Source: Planctomycetota bacterium (GTDB lineage Bacteria > Planctomycetota > UBA8108). From it: a stretch of DNA of 29,603 nt. The stretch lies in contig DODI01000617.1 in the NCBI GenBank assembly GCA_003509045.1, forward strand, positions 1 through 29,603, written 5' to 3'. Numbering within the stretch: the stretch's first letter is position 1; each line of letters begins with the position of its first letter. A program made the position numbers and the translations under genes. This document shows positions 23,844-29,603 of this stretch, piece by piece. The notes under the pieces were generated by a model, which made no database searches, was not told the origin of the DNA, and was given only the letters and a program-made list of their open reading frames with translations.

Positions 23844-24569
23844 ATGACAGCTTCTTTTTTTGAAGAAACCGGCGTCAAGATCTCGCCATCGTTGATGTGC
23901 GCCGACCAGGCTAACCTCGCCGGCGAGGTGGCCAACCTCGAGGCTATTGGTGCTGACATGATCCATCTTGACATCATGGATGCTCATTTTGCGCCCAACA
24001 TGCCCATGGGACTCGGCGCGTTGAGTGACCTGCGTGGCCGTACTTCGCTGCCTTTTGACGTTCACCTGATGGTGGAGGACAACGACTGGTTTATTTCGCA
24101 ACTCGCCGAGATCGGTGTGCAGCAGGTCGCTGTTCATGCTGAATCAGCCCGCCACCTTGATCGTACCCTCGGGCTCATCCGGGACATCGGGGCAGAGGCT
24201 GGAGTGGCCCTCAATCCCGCTACTCCTCTCGATATCCTCGAGCATGTCCTGGGGCGGCTCGACTTCGTGTTGCTGATGACTGTGAACCCGGGCTTTGCCG
24301 GGCAGAAGCTGGTCCCGTCGGCTTTTGAAAAGATTGCTGCCTGCCGGGATTTCCTGGCAGCCAGGGATACCAATGTCCCGATCAGCGTTGATGGCAATGT
24401 CAGCTTCGAGAATATTCCCCCGATGGTGGGGGCGGGAGCAGGCATCCTGGTGGCCGGCACCAGCAGTATTTATAATTCGGGCGGCGATATTGACGAGAAC
24501 CGTCTCAAAACGGTTGCAGCGGTCGCCGAGGGCGTGGCGCTTGCAGCCGATGGAGCCGGGGATTCATGA
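23844..24569 (+). CDS. Ribulose-phosphate 3-epimerase family protein (Rpe/AlsE-like)
   Basis: SPSLMCAD, HLDIMDAHFAPN, DVHLMV, VHAE, LMTVNPGFAGQ, VDGNV and VAGTS. Confidence 0.9.
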   Translation: MTASFFEETGVKISPSLMCADQANLAGEVANLEAIGADMIHLDIMDAHFAPNMPMGLGALSDLRGRTSLPFDVHLMVEDNDWFISQLAEIGVQQVAVHAESARHLDRTLGLIRDIGAEAGVALNPATPLDILEHVLGRLDFVLLMTVNPGFAGQKLVPSAFEKIAACRDFLAARDTNVPISVDGNVSFENIPPMVGAGAGILVAGTSSIYNSGGDIDENRLKTVAAVAEGVALAADGAGDS

Positions 24570-25660
24570 GCCATCCCGGGGACTCCATGCAGGCACTCGT
24601 TCTCCATGGTGTTGGAGATCTTCGCCTCGATGATGTGCCGCGGCCGGTGCCTGGAGCAGGAGTGGATGAGCGTGGGGTCCTGGTAAGAATCGGTTTTTGT
24701 GGTGTCTGCGGGTCCGACATCCCCCGGATCTTCAGCAAGGGAACCTACAGCTTTCCGACTGTCTGCGGCCATGAGTTTGCCGGTACTGTGGAGGCCGTTG
24801 CCGATGGAGTTGAAGGATTTGTTCCCGGAGACAGGGTCGCGGTTTTCCCGCTTCTGTGGTGCGGTGATTGTGGTCCCTGCAGGGAGGAGAAATACGCCCA
24901 GTGCATCGACTACGACTACCTGGGCTCGCGTTGCGATGGAGCCTTCGCCGAATACGTTACGGCGCCGCCAGCCAATCTCGTGCCGATTCCCGATGGAGTT
25001 TCCCTCGAGGAGGCTGCAATGACCGAGCCGGCTGCCGTGGCTCTCCACGCAGTGCGCCGGGGTGGCGGTTGTGGCGAGGGGGAAACGGTTGCAATCTTCG
25101 GCATCGGCCCGATCGGCCTCATGGTTGCCCAGTGGGTCCGGGCCGCGGGCGCCTCAAGGATCCTGCTTTTTGACCTGGAGGAGGCCAAGCTCGAGCAGGC
25201 CAGGAGGATGGGCTTCGAGGAGGTCTTCGATTCAGGTGCAGCCGACCCGGTTAAGGTGGTTGGGAAATCTACGGCTGGTGAGGGAGTCAGCCTCACCTTT
25301 GATGGGGCCGGCGTCCCACAGACCCTTTTGCAGGCCATGGAGACGGTCTGCCGGGGGGGGAGGGTCGTCATGCTGGGCAATCCTTCCGGCGATGTGACCG
25401 TTCCCGCGGTGCTCATCTCTCAGCTGATGCGTCGCGAGGCCACCCTCCACGGAACCTGGAATTCACATTTTTCGGCCAGCGGGGGTGCCGACGACTGGCG
25501 TGATGTTCTCAGCGCCATGGCCACGGGAGACCTCGATCTCAAGCCGCTCATAACTCACCGGGTTCCCCTTGAGGGAGCGGTTGATGTGCTCGAGGGCATG
25601 AAAGACCGCCGGGAATTTTTCTCCAAGGTCCTGATCCAGCCGGCCCGCCGGGAAGACTGA
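24566..25660 (+). CDS. Zn-dependent medium-chain sugar/polyol(-phosphate) dehydrogenase, galactitol-1-phosphate 5-dehydrogenase-like
   Basis: CGVCGSD, GHE, structural Zn CGDCGPC...C and Rossmann GIGPIG. ATGA overlap with the epimerase; an alternative start is ATG 24587. Confidence 0.9.
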   Translation: MSHPGDSMQALVLHGVGDLRLDDVPRPVPGAGVDERGVLVRIGFCGVCGSDIPRIFSKGTYSFPTVCGHEFAGTVEAVADGVEGFVPGDRVAVFPLLWCGDCGPCREEKYAQCIDYDYLGSRCDGAFAEYVTAPPANLVPIPDGVSLEEAAMTEPAAVALHAVRRGGGCGEGETVAIFGIGPIGLMVAQWVRAAGASRILLFDLEEAKLEQARRMGFEEVFDSGAADPVKVVGKSTAGEGVSLTFDGAGVPQTLLQAMETVCRGGRVVMLGNPSGDVTVPAVLISQLMRREATLHGTWNSHFSASGGADDWRDVLSAMATGDLDLKPLITHRVPLEGAVDVLEGMKDRREFFSKVLIQPARRED

Positions 25661-25671
25661 GGGGGGACGCA

Positions 25672-26148
25672 TTGAATCCCGAGAACCCGAAGCTCTCCCT
25701 GATCCTCGAGCTCCTTGATTGCGAGGGAATCTCCTACCGGCGTATCAGCCACGAGCCGACCCGTACCTCCGAAGACTCCGCTCGGGCGCGCGGTGAAGCC
25801 TTGGAGACAGGAGGGAAGGCGCTGTTGCTCAAGGCAGGTGAATGTTTCTTCGTATTTGTTCTCAGTGCCGCTCTCAAGCTGGATTCTCAAGCCGTCAAAA
25901 AACACCTTGGGGTAAAGTCGCTGCGCTTCGCCACTGCTGAAGAGCTGATGGAATTGACCGGGCTCGTGCCCGGCAGTGTTCCCCCGTTCGGGGAGCCGAT
26001 TCTGCCTTTTTCGCTCTATGTCGACGAATCGATAGAGGCGAACGACAGGATCGCTTTCAATGCAGGCTCGCTCACCGATTCACTGGTCCTCAGCACTGCG
26101 GACTACCTGCGGGTTGCGGGTGGGGAGGTCTTCAGCTTTTCGGCCTGA
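25672..26148 (+). CDS. YbaK-superfamily aminoacyl-tRNA deacylase, YeaK/ProXp-y-like
   Basis: TTG start after GAGGGGGG. HEPTRTSEDSARARG, GGKALLLK, ATAEELMELTG, GSVPPFG and IAFNAGSLTDSLVLSTADYLRVA. Confidence 0.85.
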   Translation: MNPENPKLSLILELLDCEGISYRRISHEPTRTSEDSARARGEALETGGKALLLKAGECFFVFVLSAALKLDSQAVKKHLGVKSLRFATAEELMELTGLVPGSVPPFGEPILPFSLYVDESIEANDRIAFNAGSLTDSLVLSTADYLRVAGGEVFSFSA

Positions 26149-26247
26149 TCTGCGGAGCAGGTCGCGGTGGACGAAGCGGCCGCTCTCAGGTAACTTGTGC
26201 AACCTGTTGAGAAACTGAACTTTGTGTCCCGTGCGGGTTTTTTACCG

Positions 26248-29200
26248 ATGAGCAGAGAACTCCCCAAGCAATACGATCCGGCCTCCGTCGAGGAGGAGAT
26301 CTATTCGCGTTGGATCTCACGCAAGGCCTTCGCGGCTTCCCCGGACGATCGAGAGGAGCGCTATGTCATCATGATGCCCCTGCCGAACGTCACCGGGGCT
26401 CTTCACATGGGGCATGCCATGGACAACGTGATGCAGGATCTCCTGACCCGCTGGCACAGGATGAGGGGAGACAATACCCTCTGGATGGCGGGGACCGATC
26501 ATGCGGGAATCGCCACCCAGGCCGTGGTTGAGAAGCGCCTGCTTGAGCTCGAGGGAAAGACCCGTCACGACATCGGCCGTGAGAAGCTGGTGGAGAGGAT
26601 CTGGGAATGGAAGGACCAGTACCAGAAGCGCATCGTCTCCCAGCAGCAGAGTATGGGTTGCTCCTGTGATTGGGACCGGCAGCGTTTCACCATGGATTCC
26701 GTTTGCGAGCGAGCGGTGCGCCGGACCTTCTTCAATATGTTCAGCGACGGCCTGATCTATCGCGGCAACAGGCTGGTCAACTGGGATTGCCACCTGCAGA
26801 CGGCCGTCAGTGATGATGAGATCTATCACGAGAAGGTCGCCGGTCATTTCTGGCACATCCGCTATCCGGTGATCGACCCGCAGCCGGGTGAGCCGGAGTT
26901 TGTCACGGTCGCCACCACGCGTCCGGAGACCATGCTGGGGGATACGGCGGTGGCCTGCCATCCCGATCCCGGGGGCAGTCTTGACGAGTTGCTGGCACGG
27001 ACTCGTGAGAATCTTGCCGAAGCAGCGGATCGCGACCGGGAGGGGATAGAGGAACAGCTCGCGGGCCTCGAGGCCCGCCGTGAGAGTCACCTGCCCACGC
27101 TGCAGAAACTCACCGAGATGGCATCGGCTGGGAGGATGGTGATGCTTCCCCTGCTCGACAGGCCGATTCCCCTGGTCTGCGATGAGTGGGCCAAGCCGGA
27201 GCTCGGCAGCGGCTGCGTGAAGATCACCCCGGCCCATGATCCGAATGATTACGAGGTCTGGGGGCGGCATAAGGATGAGATTGACATTATCAATATCCTT
27301 GAAACAGATGGCTCGCTTGCTAAGTCGGCCGGATCCTACGCTGGTCTTGATCGCTATGAGGCGCGGAAAAAGGTGGTGGCCGATCTCGACGAGCTTGGAT
27401 TGCTCGAGGCGGTGGAGGAGCGTGAGGTCGAGGTTGGGCACTCTGACCGTTCAAAGACACCAGCCGAGCCTTTCCTTTCGCGGCAGTGGTTCGTTCTGAT
27501 GGGAGACACCCCCGATGGGGTGGTCTGCGGCAGGGGAACCGCTAGAGAATTCCGCACCCCCGGGCTTGCACAGGCTGCGATCGATGCTGTCGAGGGTGAT
27601 TGGAAATCCGCCAGCGGCCGCAAGCTGGTATTCCATCCTGATGCGGTACGCTATGGCAGCACCTACGTGAACTGGCTGGCAGAGAAGAGGGACTGGTGCA
27701 TCAGCCGCCAGCTTTGGTGGGGCCACCAGATCCCCATCTGGAGCGTTGAAGTTGAGGCCGCGGACCTCTCCTCCAGGGTTGACCAGCTTGGCGCCCTGCT
27801 TGGCAGGGACGATGTCTGCGTGAGGGTCGGATCGGCTGGCGGATCGAGCCAGCTGCTGACGGCTGGCGCCGACACGGACGCCATCTCCGGTAAGTTCGAT
27901 GAGGAAACCCTGGAGCTCATGGTCTGTCCGCTGGGAGATGAAGGCGGCGCCGAACTCCAGGCTGAGCTCGGGGAGCTCGGTTTCGAACGTGCTCCCGATG
28001 TTCTCGATACATGGTTCTCGAGCGGCATCTGGCCGCACAGCACGCTTGGCTGGCCGGACCCCGCCACGGCCCGAGTCGAGGATGGACAGTCGCCCCTGGG
28101 TTCCATAGATGGAAACGAAGACTGTCTTTCGTATTACTATCCCGGCTCCTGCCTCGTTACCGGCAGAGACATCATCTCCCTCTGGGTTGCTCGCATGGCG
28201 CTCATGGGGCTCTACAATATCGGCGATCTTCCCTTCACCGACGTCTTTATTCACGCGACGATTCTCGATGGCAAGGGCGAGCGCATGAGCAAGTCCAAGG
28301 GCAACGGGATCGACCCGGTCGATATCATCGAGCGCTACGGAGCCGATGCGATGCGCTACGTGGTCTGCGAGCTGCAGACAGGGATGCAGGATATCCGACT
28401 GCCTGTCCAGGCGATCTCTCCTTTCTCGGGGAACACGGTGGATCTCGCGGCGGCCAAGCATGGCAGCAGCATCTTCACCTACATCTGCCCCGAATCCGGC
28501 AAGGAGTTTGATGTCCTGGGAACGATGGAAGACGTTCCAGCGGCCAAGCTCGTCAGTGACAGATTTGAGGTCGGCAGGAATTTCTGCAACAAGCTCCTCA
28601 ACGCCGCCCGCTTCGCGCTGATGAATCTAGAGGGAGTCTCTTTCGAGCCCCGCGAGCTCGAGGATCTCGCGGTCGAGGACCGCTGGCTCCTCTCGCGGCT
28701 CGCGCTCGCGATCGAGGCTGTGGATGAACAGCTCGAATCCTACAGCCCCGCGGCGGCGATCTCCCTGGCGAGGGAGTTCTTCTGGTCGGAGCTCTGCGAC
28801 TGGTACCTCGAGTTTATCAAGCCAAGAATGAGGGGCGCCGAGAAGGCTCCGCTGGCCCGCCAGGTGCTCGCGGTCGCTCTTGACCAGGTGCTTCGGCTCC
28901 TGCATCCATTTGTTCCGTTCATCACCGAGTTTCTCTGGGAGAGGCTGGGTGAGGAGGCTCCTGAACGGGGAATCGGTGATCGGCTCGGCGTTCCTGAGCT
29001 GCTGGTTCATGCGCCGTGGCCGCAGGCTGCCACTGGCTGGAGGGACCAGGACCTCGAGAAACGCTTCGAGCTTCTGCAGGAGATCATCAGGGCTATTCGG
29101 GATATTCGAAGCAAGAATGAGATTCCGCTCGCGGACAAGCTTCCCGTTCGAATCCGGGCGGATGAGAGCCGCCGCGAGCAGCTTGAGCCGCTTGCTGACC

Positions 29201-29517
29201 TGCTGGTCCATATGGGTGTCCTCGAGTCTCTCGAGATCGCCGGAGATGTAGAGAGGACAGCCGATTCGGCTGTCGCTGTCGTTAGGGATGTCGACATCTA
29301 CATTCCAGGAGCGATTGATATGGAGAAGGAGAGGGCTCGGCTCCTGAAGCAGCGAGACCAGCTCAGCGGGCGCGTCGAGGGCGCGAAGAAAAAATTAGCC
29401 AATGAAAATTTTGTCAGCAAGGCCAGTCCAGATGTGGTCGAGCGAGAGCGCGAGAGATTGATCGAACTCGAGGCGGAGCTCGATAAGGTCGAGGCAAATC
29501 TATGCTCCCTCGATTAA
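26248..29517 (+). CDS. valS: Valine--tRNA ligase with several lineage-type insertions
   Basis: Start chosen at MSRELPKQYDP. PLPNVTGALHMGH (HIGH), GTDHAGIATQ, VATTRPETMLGDTAV, VKITPAHDPND, WCISRQLWWGH, DVLDTWFSS, RMSKSKGN (KMSKS) and a C-terminal coiled-coil arm. Confidence 0.98.
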   Translation: MSRELPKQYDPASVEEEIYSRWISRKAFAASPDDREERYVIMMPLPNVTGALHMGHAMDNVMQDLLTRWHRMRGDNTLWMAGTDHAGIATQAVVEKRLLELEGKTRHDIGREKLVERIWEWKDQYQKRIVSQQQSMGCSCDWDRQRFTMDSVCERAVRRTFFNMFSDGLIYRGNRLVNWDCHLQTAVSDDEIYHEKVAGHFWHIRYPVIDPQPGEPEFVTVATTRPETMLGDTAVACHPDPGGSLDELLARTRENLAEAADRDREGIEEQLAGLEARRESHLPTLQKLTEMASAGRMVMLPLLDRPIPLVCDEWAKPELGSGCVKITPAHDPNDYEVWGRHKDEIDIINILETDGSLAKSAGSYAGLDRYEARKKVVADLDELGLLEAVEEREVEVGHSDRSKTPAEPFLSRQWFVLMGDTPDGVVCGRGTAREFRTPGLAQAAIDAVEGDWKSASGRKLVFHPDAVRYGSTYVNWLAEKRDWCISRQLWWGHQIPIWSVEVEAADLSSRVDQLGALLGRDDVCVRVGSAGGSSQLLTAGADTDAISGKFDEETLELMVCPLGDEGGAELQAELGELGFERAPDVLDTWFSSGIWPHSTLGWPDPATARVEDGQSPLGSIDGNEDCLSYYYPGSCLVTGRDIISLWVARMALMGLYNIGDLPFTDVFIHATILDGKGERMSKSKGNGIDPVDIIERYGADAMRYVVCELQTGMQDIRLPVQAISPFSGNTVDLAAAKHGSSIFTYICPESGKEFDVLGTMEDVPAAKLVSDRFEVGRNFCNKLLNAARFALMNLEGVSFEPRELEDLAVEDRWLLSRLALAIEAVDEQLESYSPAAAISLAREFFWSELCDWYLEFIKPRMRGAEKAPLARQVLAVALDQVLRLLHPFVPFITEFLWERLGEEAPERGIGDRLGVPELLVHAPWPQAATGWRDQDLEKRFELLQEIIRAIRDIRSKNEIPLADKLPVRIRADESRREQLEPLADLLVHMGVLESLEIAGDVERTADSAVAVVRDVDIYIPGAIDMEKERARLLKQRDQLSGRVEGAKKKLANENFVSKASPDVVERERERLIELEAELDKVEANLCSLD

Positions 29518-29603
29518 GCTTTCTTGCCTGCCGGGGTTCTTTGCGTCTAACCTGAACGGCAGTCATTTTTCCCGGCGGTCTGCCGCCGGGGTTCCCGGGA
29601 CTG

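Noticed and set aside
26317-29211. Long minus-strand ORFs (374, 336 and 194 aa) and similar antisense ORFs over pgi, pgk, the HK and the EF-hand gene
   Set aside because: Expected antisense open frames in GC-rich genes with strong codon bias; the opposite strand has unambiguous family motifs.
29566-29590. Hairpin CCCGGCGG-TCTG-CCGCCGGG after valS
   Set aside because: The T-run precedes the stem on + and no U-tract follows on either strand, so it is not a canonical terminator. The window edge prevents further assessment.
1-29603. Mobile elements, CRISPR arrays, rRNA or tRNA genes
   Set aside because: I saw no transposase, integrase or cas motifs, regularly spaced repeats or cloverleaf structures on inspection.

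Overview
A GC-rich (roughly 60%, estimated by eye) bacterial chromosomal window, most likely from Planctomycetota. The DUF1549/DUF1553 plus DUF1501 gene pair is the main evidence for this. I found no mobile element, tRNA, rRNA or CRISPR array. Content from left to right: (1) a phosphate-related cluster, made of a 3'-truncated Na/Pi-cotransporter-family gene that the ORF track missed and that carries a lipoprotein signal and two Ig-like domains, a pho-box-like triple direct repeat, a Ppx/GppA phosphatase and a DIPP-type NUDIX hydrolase; (2) a secreted protein with four TRASH/YHS-like Cys repeats, downstream of a translationally coupled histidine kinase, OmpR-family regulator and secreted TPR protein; (3) a PolB-like 3'-5' exonuclease and pgk; (4) an unannotated, strongly base-paired ~220-nt + strand RNA candidate (possibly 6S-like) with its own terminator; (5) a Cys-rich zinc-finger gene leading mqnB-mqnD of the futalosine menaquinone pathway; (6) a lipoprotein, a sigma-54 activator, a CYTH-like protein and pgi; (7) a DUF1549/1553, DUF1501 and 8-EF-hand operon, with an extra EF-hand pair inserted in the DUF1549/1553 protein; (8) a ribulose-phosphate-epimerase-family gene, a Zn-dependent sugar dehydrogenase, a YeaK/ProXp-y-like tRNA deacylase and an insertion-rich valS. 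The best leads are the Ig-fused, motif-degenerate Na/Pi 'transporter', the structured RNA, the EF-hand-loaded DUF1549/1553-DUF1501 module and the ProXp-y/valS pairing. All family assignments come from recognising motifs by eye; no database searches or folding programs were run.
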